Notes: generated by a model not told the origin, from the letters alone. A stretch of 63,073 nucleotides of DNA, filler included, from Licmophora abbreviata (GCA_900291995.1; 15 parts of 15 records of this genome joined end to end with filler, not necessarily neighbours in it), one strand, 5' to 3'; shown: positions 11,059-21,286, counted from the whole stretch's first letter. Made by a program: numbers and translations.

Positions 11059-11717
11059 GCGCGCGGGCCGCGCCGAGGATCGCCATCCTCAATCCCAATT
11101 CGACGCAGCGCATGACCGATGAAATGGTCACATCGGCGCGCTCTGCGATCGGTGGCATGGCCGAGGTGATCGGTCTGACCAACCGTCGGGGGCCTGCGTC
11201 GATCCAAGGCCCCGAGGATGCCGAGCGCTGCCTCGAGGGGTTGTTCGCCGTGGTCGAAGAGGCCCGCGCCATGGGCGTGGATGCCCTTGTCATCGGGTGC
11301 TTCGACGATACCGGCCTTGCCACGTTGCGGGCGACAGCCGGTGTGCCGGTGATCGGCATGGGCGAGGCGGGATGCATTGCCGGCAGCCTTGCGGCGACAT
11401 CCTTTGCCGTGGTGACCAGTCTGGATGTCGCGGTGCCGGTGATCTCGGAGAATATCCGTGTCATGCGGCTGGAGCATCGCTGCGCAGAGGTGCATGCCTC
11501 GGGGGTGCCGGTGTTGGAGCTGAACGAGGGGGCGGAGAGCATCCGCCGTGTTCAAGAGGCGGTGGACCGCATGGCGGATCTGCATCCCGGGTGCAGCATC
11601 GTGCTGGGATGCGGTGGCATGACGACGCTTGCGCGCAAGCTCCGGGCGCCGGGGACATCGCGCGTGATCGATCCGGTGGTCGCGGCTGTGCATCTGTGTC
11701 TTGCCGCGCTGGCGTGA
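11055..11717 (+). CDS. Asp/Glu/hydantoin racemase family (probable allantoin racemase)
   Basis: NPNST..MT, GPASIQG, two catalytic Cys (GCFDDTG, LGCGGM); next to allantoin genes. Confidence 0.85.
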   Translation: MSARAAPRIAILNPNSTQRMTDEMVTSARSAIGGMAEVIGLTNRRGPASIQGPEDAERCLEGLFAVVEEARAMGVDALVIGCFDDTGLATLRATAGVPVIGMGEAGCIAGSLAATSFAVVTSLDVAVPVISENIRVMRLEHRCAEVHASGVPVLELNEGAESIRRVQEAVDRMADLHPGCSIVLGCGGMTTLARKLRAPGTSRVIDPVVAAVHLCLAALA

Positions 11718-11760
11718 GAAGATGACCGGGGCTGTGCGGTTGCAGGATGCGCGGCGCGGC

Positions 11761-12258
11761 TCAGTCGGGGGCCGCTGTCACGATATAGGGGCGATCAAGA
11801 GGGTGCTCTTCGAGGTTGGCACCGCTGCCGATACGGTCGATCACCGCGAAGAGGCCCGGTGCCTCGAAGGGGGCCAGAACACCATGCCAGACACCGCGAT
11901 GCAGGTTCACGCATTGACCGGGCGCGGTGAGAAATGCCTGCGCCGCACCCGGCATGCCGCCTGCGTCGGGCGCCACGATGACCAGAAAGCGCGTCGGGGT
12001 GATCGGGATGAACGCCTGACTTCCATCGGGATGCCGTTCGAGCAGGTCGACGGTGTAGGGCAGGTGCCGCGCCTTGGCGTCGAACAGGCTGATCCCGGCG
12101 CGACCATCGGAAAAATCGAGCTGTGCAAGGTCGGTATACCGGTCGCACATGCCCTGATTGATGATCTTGTCGGGTGCGCGCTGCGTGTCGATGACGTCTC
12201 CGAAGGGGTGAAACGCTTCGGCCGTGAGCGGGGCTGCTGTCAGGATGCGGTCGGTCAT
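11761..12258 (-). CDS. allA: Ureidoglycolate lyase
   Basis: PLTAEAFHPFGDVI, LERHPDGSQAFIP, GVWHGVL, FAVIDR. Confidence 0.9.
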   Translation of the reverse strand: MTDRILTAAPLTAEAFHPFGDVIDTQRAPDKIINQGMCDRYTDLAQLDFSDGRAGISLFDAKARHLPYTVDLLERHPDGSQAFIPITPTRFLVIVAPDAGGMPGAAQAFLTAPGQCVNLHRGVWHGVLAPFEAPGLFAVIDRIGSGANLEEHPLDRPYIVTAAPD

Positions 12259-12473
12259 GGTGTCACGTCCCTTGCGTGTCGTGCCGCGTTCCGGTCGCGG
12301 GCAGCCTTGGTGGTGGCCCGGATCTTGGTGCAGGATCGCGGTCGGGGTGAAGATAGCACCGGGGAACGATGTCAGACAGGGGGTTTCGGGAGGCAACGCC
12401 TGTGTCGTGGCGGCACGCGGGCGCAAGGGCGCAGGCGGCGCGGTGGGACGGTGCGGCCAGTCGTGGAGGGGAG

Positions 12474-13746
12474 ATGAGCTATTCGAGAGATTTGCGTGGC
12501 TATGGGCCGACACCGCCTGATGCCAAATGGCCCGGAGGCGCACGCATCGCGGTGCAGTTCGTGCTGAATTACGAAGAGGGCGGGGAGAATTGCCTGTTGC
12601 ATGGCGATGCGGCCTCGGAGGGGTTCCTGTCGGATATTCCGGGTGCTGCGCCATGGCCGGGGCAGCGTCATTGGAACATGGAGTCGATCTATGAATATGG
12701 CGCGAGGGCGGGGTTTTGGCGGTTGCACCGGCTGTTCACGGGGGCGGGCATTCCGGTGACGATCTATGGCGTCGCCTCGGCGTTGGCGCGCAGCCCCGAG
12801 CAGGTCGAGGCCATGCTGGATGCCGGGTGGGAGATTGCCAGCCACGGCCTGAAATGGATCGAGCACAAGGATATGTCCGAAGCCGAGGAACGCGCCGCGA
12901 TCGCCGAGGCGATCCGCCTGCATGCGGAGGTTGTCGGTGAGCGGCCAAGGGGCTGGTACACCGGACGGTGCAGCATGAACACCGTCAGGCTGGTGGCCGN
13001 NNNNNNNNNNNNNNNNNNNNNNNNNNNNNNNNNNNNNNNNNNNTTAATTAATTAANNNNNNNNNNNNNNNNNNNNNNNNNNNNNNNNNNNNNNNNNNNNA
13101 GCGCGAGCAACTGATCATTCCCTACACGCTGGAGGCCAATGACATGCGCTTTGCCGGAGCGCCGGGCTATGTCACGGGCGAGCAGTTTTTCCAGTATCTC
13201 AAGGACAGTTTTGACGTGCTCTATGCCGAGGGGCAGGCGGGCGCGGCCAAGATGCTGAGTATCGGGTTGCATTGCCGTCTGATCGGCCGCCCCGGAAAGC
13301 TTGCAGGGTTGCAGCGGTTCATCGCGTATATTCAAGGGTTTGAGGGGGTCTGGTGCCCAAGGCGCATCGATATCGCCGAGCATTGGCAGCGGGTGCATCC
13401 GCCGGTGAGAGGCCTGCTGGTCAGTGGCTTGTCGGATGCGGAGTTCATGGCGCGTTTCGCTCAGGTTTTCGGCGGTGTCGACTGGGTGGTCGAGCGGGCA
13501 GTGCTGCTTGAACGCGGACCGGCGCATGATTGTGCCGCAGGTTTGCACAGCCTGTTGTGTCGCGTGTTTCGTCGTGCGTCGCCCGAGGAACAGCGGGCGG
13601 TTGCCGAGAGCTTCGCGGCGCTTGGGCATGATCTGGATACCACGCGCGCGCCGGATGATCTACGTTGCGCGGTCGAGGCCATCGCACGACAACGGCTCAG
13701 CGCCCTGCTGAATGGCGCCACCCAATCCGAACGATCACAGTCCTGA
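12474..13746 (+). CDS. puuE: Allantoinase PuuE with degenerate C-terminal OHCU-decarboxylase-like extension; interrupted by gap
   Basis: RDLRGYG, NYEEGGE, ESIYEYGARAGFWRL, IASHGLKW, GWYTGR, SIGLHCRLIGRPG. Confidence 0.9.
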
Positions 13747-13755
13747 GGATCCGAT

Positions 13756-14565
13756 ATGTATTACGCGCCCAAGGGCGGCTTGCCGCCACAGACCAGTCTG
13801 TTGACCGACCGTGCCATGTTCACCGAAGCCTATGCGGTGATCCCGAAAGGCACCTATTCCGATATCGTGACCAGCCTGTTGCCCTTCTGGGAGGGGGCGC
13901 GGTTCTGGGTGCTGGCGCGGCCTTTGTCGGGCTTTGCCGAGACGTTCTCGCAATACATCGCCGAGGTCAAACCCGGCGGTGGTAGCACCCGGCCGGATAC
14001 GGAAACCGGCATCGAGGCGGTGCTCTTCGTCGTCGAGGGGGCGCTGGTGTTGACTGTCGATGGTGTCCCCCATGAGATGGTGGCGGGGGGCTATGCCTAT
14101 ATCCCGCCCGGCGCTGATTGGACGTTGCGCAACGCCTCGGCACAGGATGTGCGGTTTCACTGGATCCGCAAGGCCTATCAGGCGGTGGCGGGGCTGGATG
14201 TGCCCGATGTGGTGGTGACCAACGAGCGCGATATCGCGCCATTGGCCATGCCCGATACGAACGGGGTCTGGGCCACGACCCGGTTTGTCGACCCGCAGGA
14301 CATGCGCCATGACATGCATGTCACGATCGTGACGTTCCAACCCGGTGGCGTGATCCCGTTTGCCGAGACGCATGTGATGGAGCATGGCCTGTATGTGCTG
14401 GAGGGCAAGGCGGTTTACAGGCTCAATCAGGATTGGGTCGAGGTCGAGGCCGGAGATTTCATGTGGCTGCGGGCGTTCTGCCCACAAGCCTGTTATGCCG
14501 GTGGGCCGGGGCCGTTTCGTTACCTGCTTTACAAGGATGTGAACCGCCACATGCCGATGCGATAA
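13756..14565 (+). CDS. (S)-ureidoglycine aminohydrolase / bifunctional allantoicase-type bicupin
   Basis: FTEAYAVIP, FAETFSQY, ETHVMEHGLYVLEG, FCPQACYAGG, YLLYKDVNRH. Confidence 0.9.
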   Translation: MYYAPKGGLPPQTSLLTDRAMFTEAYAVIPKGTYSDIVTSLLPFWEGARFWVLARPLSGFAETFSQYIAEVKPGGGSTRPDTETGIEAVLFVVEGALVLTVDGVPHEMVAGGYAYIPPGADWTLRNASAQDVRFHWIRKAYQAVAGLDVPDVVVTNERDIAPLAMPDTNGVWATTRFVDPQDMRHDMHVTIVTFQPGGVIPFAETHVMEHGLYVLEGKAVYRLNQDWVEVEAGDFMWLRAFCPQACYAGGPGPFRYLLYKDVNRHMPMR

Positions 14566-14934
14566 GCCGGAACAGGCAGAGCTTGGGTTAGCCGCAGGGC
14601 GCGCAAAGGATACGCGCTTTGCGGATCAAGCTGTGGAATCCGAACGCCGGGGGAAAATAATGCCAGACGCAGGGATGGCACGGTGCAGCGGCTCGAGGGT
14701 AACGAGCGCCGCGAGATCACCCGGTCACGCGATGCCGAAGTTCAAGACTGCCTGAATTCTATACACAACGCCTAAATTCACGTCATTTTTGACGTATGGC
14801 GCGGTTGTGGGACCATTATTTTGCGCATTCTAATTCCTGATCCTCCAACTTTATTGGCAACGCAACGATGTCAGGCTAACCATAACACGTGACCGATATC
14901 CCAAGTGCTAGACGGTTTTGGCACTGCTGCATAA

Positions 14935-16104
14935 ATGGATGTCCCGATGACTTCTTGTGGAGCGCCGGTCACTATCGGCATGTTGTTCTCGCAAACCGGT
15001 GTCACTGCGGTGCTCGAACGCTCGCAGCGTCAGGCCGCGATGCTGGCGGTCTCTCAGATTAATTCCGAGGGCGGCCTGTTGGACCGCGAGGTTGTGTTGC
15101 TCGACTCTGATCCGGCTTCCAGTCCCGGTCAGTTCAGGGCCGAGGCCAAACGGCTGCTGGATGCCGGGGCGGAAACGTTGTTCGGTTGTTACATGTCGTC
15201 AACGCGCAAGGCTGTGCTGCCGGTCGTCGAGTCGCGAAACTCGTTGCTGTTCTACCCAACGCTTTATGAAGGTTTCGAATACACGCCATATTGCATCTAC
15301 TCTGGCGCCGCACCCAATCAAAATGCGGGCATGTTGGCGGACTATCTGACTGAAACGCATGGGCAAAGCTATTATTTTGTCGGATCAAATTATGTTTATC
15401 CCTATGAATGCAACCGCATCATGCGCGACCTGCTGTCGAACCGCGGGGCCACGGTCGTAGATGAAGTTTATATTTCTCTGGATCCAAGCGATGAAGAAAT
15501 CGCACGTGTCATCGCGATGCTGAAGGATGCCGGTCCGGTGGTGGTGTTTTCTACCCTCGTTGGTGATGGCGCGGTGCGGTTTTACAAGGCTTACGACAAG
15601 GCGGGGTTCGACCGGACCGCGCAGCCGATCGCGTCCCTGACCTTTGGAGAGCCGGAAATACAAGCGCTCGGAAGCGAGGCGGCGACGGGGCATATCAAAG
15701 CCGCGCCCTATTTCAGTGTGCTGGACACCGCCGCAAATCGGGACTTCGTCAAGTCCTACCGCGAGACTTTCGGGCCGGACGCGCCCATCTCGGCAGAGGC
15801 TGAAGCGGCATATTTCCAAGTGAAGCTTTTTGCAGAGGCGGTGCGCCGTGCGGGCAAGTCGGATCGCGCCTCGGTCATTCGAACCCTGCCCACGTTCAGC
15901 TTCGAGGCGCCGCAAGGCACGGTGCGTGTGGATGGCGTCACGCATCATACGCATCTGTGGCCCCGCGTCGCTGTCGTTGGAGAAGACGGAGAGTTTGAGA
16001 TTGTGCGTGAAGCCACGGAACCGGTGGCACCTGATCCTTATCTTGTAGAGCTGGAAAACAGCTCCTGGATGCTTCCTTCAGATTTGGCTCACGGGAGTTC
16101 CTGA
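14935..16104 (+). CDS. amiC: AmiC-like cytoplasmic amide sensor
   Basis: LFSQTGVT, GCYMSSTRKAVLPVVE, YPTLYEGFEY, GAAPNQN, APQG, PDPYL; no signal peptide; overlaps the ANTAR gene start. Confidence 0.85.
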   Translation: MDVPMTSCGAPVTIGMLFSQTGVTAVLERSQRQAAMLAVSQINSEGGLLDREVVLLDSDPASSPGQFRAEAKRLLDAGAETLFGCYMSSTRKAVLPVVESRNSLLFYPTLYEGFEYTPYCIYSGAAPNQNAGMLADYLTETHGQSYYFVGSNYVYPYECNRIMRDLLSNRGATVVDEVYISLDPSDEEIARVIAMLKDAGPVVVFSTLVGDGAVRFYKAYDKAGFDRTAQPIASLTFGEPEIQALGSEAATGHIKAAPYFSVLDTAANRDFVKSYRETFGPDAPISAEAEAAYFQVKLFAEAVRRAGKSDRASVIRTLPTFSFEAPQGTVRVDGVTHHTHLWPRVAVVGEDGEFEIVREATEPVAPDPYLVELENSSWMLPSDLAHGSS

Positions 16105-16709
16105 TGCCCCGTTTCCGTCTGAGGGATTTGCGTGACCTATTCGTCGTGATCGTGCACCCGTCCGACAGCGACGGTCGGGCGATGCTTGAACAGATGGAGC
16201 GGATCGGTTGCAGGACCGAGCTGATCTGGCCTCCGAAGCGCCGTCTCCCACCGAATGCGGATGTCGTCTTTCTAGGGCTATTCTTCGACAGCCGGAAAGA
16301 CATCACCAACATGATCCGCCGCTCTGAAAAGCCGGGGCCGGCCATCATAGGTGTGGTCGATTACGAGAACCCTGCGATGCTTGAATTCGTGCTGGAGGTC
16401 GGGGCAATCGCCGTCACATCCAAACCCGTGCGCAGCTTCGGCATATTGACCAATCTCGTGGTCGGATATTCCAGCATGCTGCGCCAGTTCGAGGCACAGG
16501 AACGAATCACGCGGCTGGAAAAAAAGCTTCTGGGCAAGAAAGTCATCGCCAAGGCGAAGGCCATTCTCATCAATATGCATGGGTTCAGTGAAGAAGATGC
16601 CTATAAATTAATCAGAGAGCAGGCAATGTATAAGCGAACGACGATAGAAGACATGGCCCAAGCAATAATCAACGCAAATGAGCTTTTGTCCGGGCCTAGC
16701 CTGTCGTAA
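16104..16709 (+). CDS. amiR: AmiR-like ANTAR RNA-binding antiterminator
   Basis: Pseudo-receiver (HPSDSDG, IGCR..WP, DYENP) plus ANTAR KVIAKAKAIL..FSEEDAYKLIREQAM. Confidence 0.88.
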   Translation: MPRFRLRDLRDLFVVIVHPSDSDGRAMLEQMERIGCRTELIWPPKRRLPPNADVVFLGLFFDSRKDITNMIRRSEKPGPAIIGVVDYENPAMLEFVLEVGAIAVTSKPVRSFGILTNLVVGYSSMLRQFEAQERITRLEKKLLGKKVIAKAKAILINMHGFSEEDAYKLIREQAMYKRTTIEDMAQAIINANELLSGPSLS

Positions 16710-16876
16710 CGTAACCTCAGGACGTGGCCAAAGATGCCCACGCACTGACCAATCCACGCTGCCGCCGAACCATCTTGGTCGGTAAACGCGTAGGCAGGAA
16801 GGCGCAACGCTGCCCCTGACTGCAGGCCGATAAAGCTCGGTCACACTTTACAAAAAATAGCAGGAACACTGCACGC

Positions 16877-16891
16877 TGGTATGCCTGTCGC
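16877..16891 (+). promoter_or_regulatory. Candidate sigma54 (-24/-12) promoter for the transporter-urease operon
   Basis: TGGTATGCCTGTCGC with GG-N10-GC spacing; AT-rich tract just upstream. Confidence 0.4.
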
Positions 16892-17032
16892 GCATTCAGT
16901 CGAACAATGCCGTCATTCCTGCACTGCATGCGTCTGCGGACGCCATCCTTCAACTTCGGTCACACACCTTCTTGGCGTGCCGCCCGGTCGCATGCGCCCA
17001 TCCCAACACACTTCTTGATGGAGACGAAGATA

Positions 17033-18283
17033 ATGACGAATAATCGCCGGAATTTTCTAAAACAGTCAGCTGCTTACGGTGCGACGGCAGCGCTTGGACC
17101 AGGGCTGTGGGCCGCCGCGGCACGAGCGGAATCGGAAATTGATGTTGGTGTGCTCTTTTCGCTCACTGGCGGATTGTCGATTGTCGAGCAATCGCTGGCA
17201 GATGCGACGCTCATGGCAATCGACGAAATCAACGCCGCAGGCGGCGTGATGGGCAAAAAACTCAATCCGATCGTTGAAGATGGTGCCTCGGACGCCCGGA
17301 CATTCAACGAGCGGGCCTCGAAACTCGTTCTTCGCGATCAGGTTCCCACGGTGTTCGGCTGCTATACGTCGGCGTCGCGCAAGGCGGTGTTGCCGATTTT
17401 CGAGCGTCGCAACAACATGCTGTTCTACCCGACCTACTATGAAGGCTTCGAGTGCTCGAAGAACGTGGTCTACACCGGTGCGGTTCCGAACCAGCAGCTG
17501 TCGAACTATATCCCTTGGATCATCAACACCTTGGGCAAAAAGAAATTCTTCATCGTTGGGTCGAACTACATCTACCCGCGTGAGATGGCCAAAGTTTCCA
17601 AGATCCTGATCGAGCAGAATGGCGGGGAATGGGTTGCCGACGAGTATCTGGAGCTGGGGCACTCTGAATGGGGGGCCATGGTGTCCCGGATCAAGTCGTC
17701 GGGCTGCGATGTCGTGCTGTCCAACGTGGTCGGGGATTCCGTCATCGCCTTCTATCGTGAGTTCCGCAATCAGGGTCTGACCCACGACCAGTTGCCGATC
17801 TGTGCGACGGTGACCTCGGAAATCGAGATCGCAGCGATGGGCGCGGAAGTTGCGGCGGGCTCGTTCACGTCCTTCCCCTATTTCCAGGCCATCGATACGA
17901 CAGCGAACAACGATTTCGTGGAGCGCTACCGGCGGTTCGTGGATGACTCGTCTGCGGTGACCCAGCACGCGCTCGAATGTTCCTATTTCCAGGTCTACCT
18001 CTGGAAACAGGCCGTCGAGAAAGCCGGTGAGGTCACGCCGGATGCGATCAGGGAAGGCATCAAGGGACAGACCTTCGATGCGCCGAACGGCAAGGTCACC
18101 GTTGATGGTGAGAACCTGCACACATTCCTCACCCCGCGCATCGCGCAATGGGGCGGGGATGGCCAAGGCGAGATCATCGACGAATACCCCGAGCCGATCA
18201 AGCCGCTGCCCTATGTCGCCTATGGCGAAACGGATGGCGACCTCTTCTGCTCCGCTGCCGGGCTCGATTCGTCACGGCTGTAA
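17033..18283 (+). CDS. Urea/short-chain amide ABC substrate-binding protein (UrtA/FmdD-like), Tat signal
   Basis: RRNFLK twin-arginine signal; LFSLTG, EDGASD, FGCYTSASRKAVLP, GSNYIYPR. Confidence 0.9.
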   Translation: MTNNRRNFLKQSAAYGATAALGPGLWAAAARAESEIDVGVLFSLTGGLSIVEQSLADATLMAIDEINAAGGVMGKKLNPIVEDGASDARTFNERASKLVLRDQVPTVFGCYTSASRKAVLPIFERRNNMLFYPTYYEGFECSKNVVYTGAVPNQQLSNYIPWIINTLGKKKFFIVGSNYIYPREMAKVSKILIEQNGGEWVADEYLELGHSEWGAMVSRIKSSGCDVVLSNVVGDSVIAFYREFRNQGLTHDQLPICATVTSEIEIAAMGAEVAAGSFTSFPYFQAIDTTANNDFVERYRRFVDDSSAVTQHALECSYFQVYLWKQAVEKAGEVTPDAIREGIKGQTFDAPNGKVTVDGENLHTFLTPRIAQWGGDGQGEIIDEYPEPIKPLPYVAYGETDGDLFCSAAGLDSSRL

Positions 18284-18292
18284 GGCCAAAAG

Positions 18293-18317
18293 GGCGGGCA
18301 TCGACGCGGTGCCCGCC
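18293..18317 (+). other. Intercistronic stem-loop (probable mRNA stabiliser)
   Basis: GGCGGGCATCG-acg-CGGTGCCCGCC with no U-tract. Confidence 0.55.
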
Positions 18318-18343
18318 ACTCTCAAAGTCTTTCGGAGAGCGCA

Positions 18344-19237
18344 ATGTTTGAAGTCCTGTTCATCGGTCTGTCGCTGACATCTGTCCTGCTGCTTATCGCG
18401 TTGGGATTGTCCATAACCTACGGCGCCATGGGCGTCATCAACATGGCGCATGGCGAGTTGGTTATGATCGGCGCCTACACCGCGGTGTTGGCCGGTATCC
18501 ATCTTGGCTTCAATATCTTCCTGTCATTGCCCTTGGCTTTTGTGGTCGCCGCGCTTGTTGGGTTGCTGATCGAGCGGGTTGTCATTCGCAGGCTGTACGG
18601 GCGGATCATCGACACGCTGCTTGCCACCTGGGGTGTGGCGATCATCCTGCAGCAGCTTATCAGGCTGGAATTCGGGCTGACATTTTTCGGCATCAGTATC
18701 GAAGGGCTTGGCCCGGGTCTTCAGAACATGCGCGTGCCGACCTTCATGATGGAACCCTTCGATCTGATGGGTCTCTCCATCCAACCCTATCGGACCTTTA
18801 TCCTGTGCGTCACGATCCTGCTAACGGCGCTGACGTGGTACCTTGTGTATCGCACGGCCATCGGGGTGCAGGTGCGGGCGATCATGCGCAACCCCCAGAT
18901 GGCCGCGGCCTGCGGTATCGACGTGCGGCGCGTATCGGCCCTGACCTTCGCCTATGGATCGGGCCTCGCTGGCGTGGCCGGCGTTCTGCTGGCCGGGTTC
19001 CGCACGGTGATGCCCGAAATGGGGGCCACCGTTGTGGTTGACGGGTTCCTTGTCGTGGTGGTTGGCGGTGTAGGCAGCCTGTTGGGCACAATCCTGTCCT
19101 CCGCGCTTTTGGGGCAGATCAACGGGATCGTGTCGGTGTTTTCCAACGACATCATTGCGCGGGCCGTCGTATTTGGCGTGGTCATTGCCATCATCCTGTG
19201 GCGGCCGCGTGGTCTTTTCTCCTTCAAATCGAGGTAA
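18344..19237 (+). CDS. urtB: ABC permease UrtB-like
   Basis: GLSITYGAMGVINMAHGELVMIGAY, TLLATWG, FLVVVVGGVG. Confidence 0.8.
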   Translation: MFEVLFIGLSLTSVLLLIALGLSITYGAMGVINMAHGELVMIGAYTAVLAGIHLGFNIFLSLPLAFVVAALVGLLIERVVIRRLYGRIIDTLLATWGVAIILQQLIRLEFGLTFFGISIEGLGPGLQNMRVPTFMMEPFDLMGLSIQPYRTFILCVTILLTALTWYLVYRTAIGVQVRAIMRNPQMAAACGIDVRRVSALTFAYGSGLAGVAGVLLAGFRTVMPEMGATVVVDGFLVVVVGGVGSLLGTILSSALLGQINGIVSVFSNDIIARAVVFGVVIAIILWRPRGLFSFKSR

Positions 19238-19243
19238 GCGATC

Positions 19244-20392
19244 ATGTCCAACAGGATCTTCATCCTGGGTGATCGGGCTGTCTATGCAGCCTTCATCATC
19301 ATCGTCCTTGCGCTGCCGCTTCTGGTGGACGACGTCTTTTGGCTGAACCGGATCGCCAAATACCTTGTGTTCGGTATGCTCGGTCTCGCGATTGCGCTGT
19401 CCTGGGGCTATGCCGGCATTCTCAATCTGGGGCAGGGGCTGTTCTTTGGTCTTGGCGCCTACATGATCGCGATGTCGCTGAAGCTGCAAAGCTACACATC
19501 GCTGCAACAGGGCTCTGACAAGCCGATCCCCGATTTCATGTTGTGGAATGCCGAACCGGGCGCGCCGACCGATCTGTGCTGCATCACGCCCGGCTCGTGG
19601 TTGTGGATCCCCTTCCAGGCGCAATGGTTCGGGATGGCCATGGCGATTGTCGTTCCCGTCGTGTTTGCGTTGATCATCGGTTCCACCATCTTCCGTTTGC
19701 GGGTGTCCGGCGTCTATGTGGCGATCATCACGCTGGCGCTGGTGCTGCTGGCGCGGCTGTTGTTCATCGATCTGCAGCCGGTCACAAACGGGTTCAACGG
19801 CCTGACAGATCTTGGGTGGCTGACGATTGCGGGGATCGAATTCGATCCGTTCATGGTCGCGACCTATTATATCATCGCGGTTTCCGTCTGCGTGGTGTTG
19901 CTATTGTCACGCTGGCTGATCTCAACGCGCGCGGGGCTGATCCTGCAGTCGACGCGGGATGATCCCAATCGTTCGCGGTACCTTGGCTATGACGTGGCGT
20001 CCTACCAGGTCTTCTTCTTTACCGTCTCGGCAGGGATCGCCGGGTTTGCGGGGATGCTCTTTGTCATCGTATCGGAATTCGCGACGCCCACCTATTTCGA
20101 CATCGCCTTTTCGATCTCGATGGTGGTCTGGGCGGCGGTCGGGGGGCGCTCGTCGCTGATCGGCGCTGCTTTGGGAGCGATCCTGATCAATACGATCGAG
20201 GCCTCGGTGTCCGAAAGCGAGATGTTCCAGCAGGCGTGGCGACTGATCATCGGCATCGTGTTCGTCCTGGTGGTCCTGTTCATGCCGCGCGGTCTTGCCG
20301 GCTTGGCCCGTGACGCTCTGGCCCGCGTCGTCGCGTTGTCGCAGCGCTCGGGCGGCAAGGACAGCCAATCTTCCCACACCGCAGCCGAATAA
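19244..20392 (+). CDS. urtC: ABC permease UrtC-like
   Basis: WGYAGILNLGQGLFFGLGAY, PDFMLW, GVYVAIIT, AAVGGRSSL. Confidence 0.8.
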   Translation: MSNRIFILGDRAVYAAFIIIVLALPLLVDDVFWLNRIAKYLVFGMLGLAIALSWGYAGILNLGQGLFFGLGAYMIAMSLKLQSYTSLQQGSDKPIPDFMLWNAEPGAPTDLCCITPGSWLWIPFQAQWFGMAMAIVVPVVFALIIGSTIFRLRVSGVYVAIITLALVLLARLLFIDLQPVTNGFNGLTDLGWLTIAGIEFDPFMVATYYIIAVSVCVVLLLSRWLISTRAGLILQSTRDDPNRSRYLGYDVASYQVFFFTVSAGIAGFAGMLFVIVSEFATPTYFDIAFSISMVVWAAVGGRSSLIGAALGAILINTIEASVSESEMFQQAWRLIIGIVFVLVVLFMPRGLAGLARDALARVVALSQRSGGKDSQSSHTAAE

Positions 20393-20404
20393 GGGGGACA
20401 GCAC

Positions 20405-21286
20405 ATGAAAGCTGCATTGACGATCGAGGGGCTGGAGGTTGATTTCGGCGGCTTCAAGGCTGTGGATTCAATGACCACGGTGATAGATGACGGTGAATTG
20501 CGCGTCATCCTGGGCCCGAACGGCGCAGGCAAGACCACGCTGATGGATCTCATCAGCGGCAAGACGGCGGTGACGGGCGGGAAGGTTCACCTGTTTGGTC
20601 GTGACATCACCAATCGTCCTGAGCACGAGATCGCTCGGGCCGGGGTGGGGCGCAAGTTCCAGATCCCGTCGGTTTTCCGCGACCTGTCTGTTTTGCAAAA
20701 CCTTGAAGTGGCGGTCAGTCATGAGCCGCGTGTGTTTCGGAANNNNNNNNNNNNNNNNNNNNNNNNNNNNNNNNNNNNNNNNNNNNTTAATTAATTAANN
20801 NNNNNNNNNNNNNNNNNNNNNNNNNNNNNNNNNNNNNNNNNNGTGGCGGTCAGTCATGAGCCGCGTGTGTTTCGGAACCTGCGGCTTGGCATGAGCCGGG
20901 CCGACCGCAAGCGCATCGACGAGGTCATCGATCTGACCGGGCTGGGAGCGGTGCTCGACACTTTGGCAGGGGATCTCAGCCACGGTCAGATGCAATGGCT
21001 CGAACTCGGGATGCTCATCACGCAGCAATCGAAGGTGATCTTGCTGGATGAGCCGACGGCGGGCATGACGCAGGGCGAAACCTCGAAAACCGCCGATATC
21101 ATCCTGCGCTTGAAGGGCACGCATACCATCCTTGTCGTCGAGCATGACATGGCTTTCGTGCGCAAGATTGCCGAGAAAGTGACGGTCATGCATCTGGGCA
21201 AGTTGCTTGCGGAAGGGCCGATGCATGCGATCGAGGCAGACCCTGCCGTGCGCGACGCCTATCTTGGATCGGGAGGGTTGCATTGA
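20405..21286 (+). CDS. urtD: ABC ATP-binding UrtD-like (gap is a false join with a 35-bp overlap)
   Basis: GPNGAGKTT, GRKFQIPSVF, LSHGQMQWLELGM, LDEPTAGM. Confidence 0.85.

Noticed and set aside
14918..14934. TGGCAC upstream of amiC as a sigma54 promoter
   Set aside because: No GC at the required GG-N10-GC spacing
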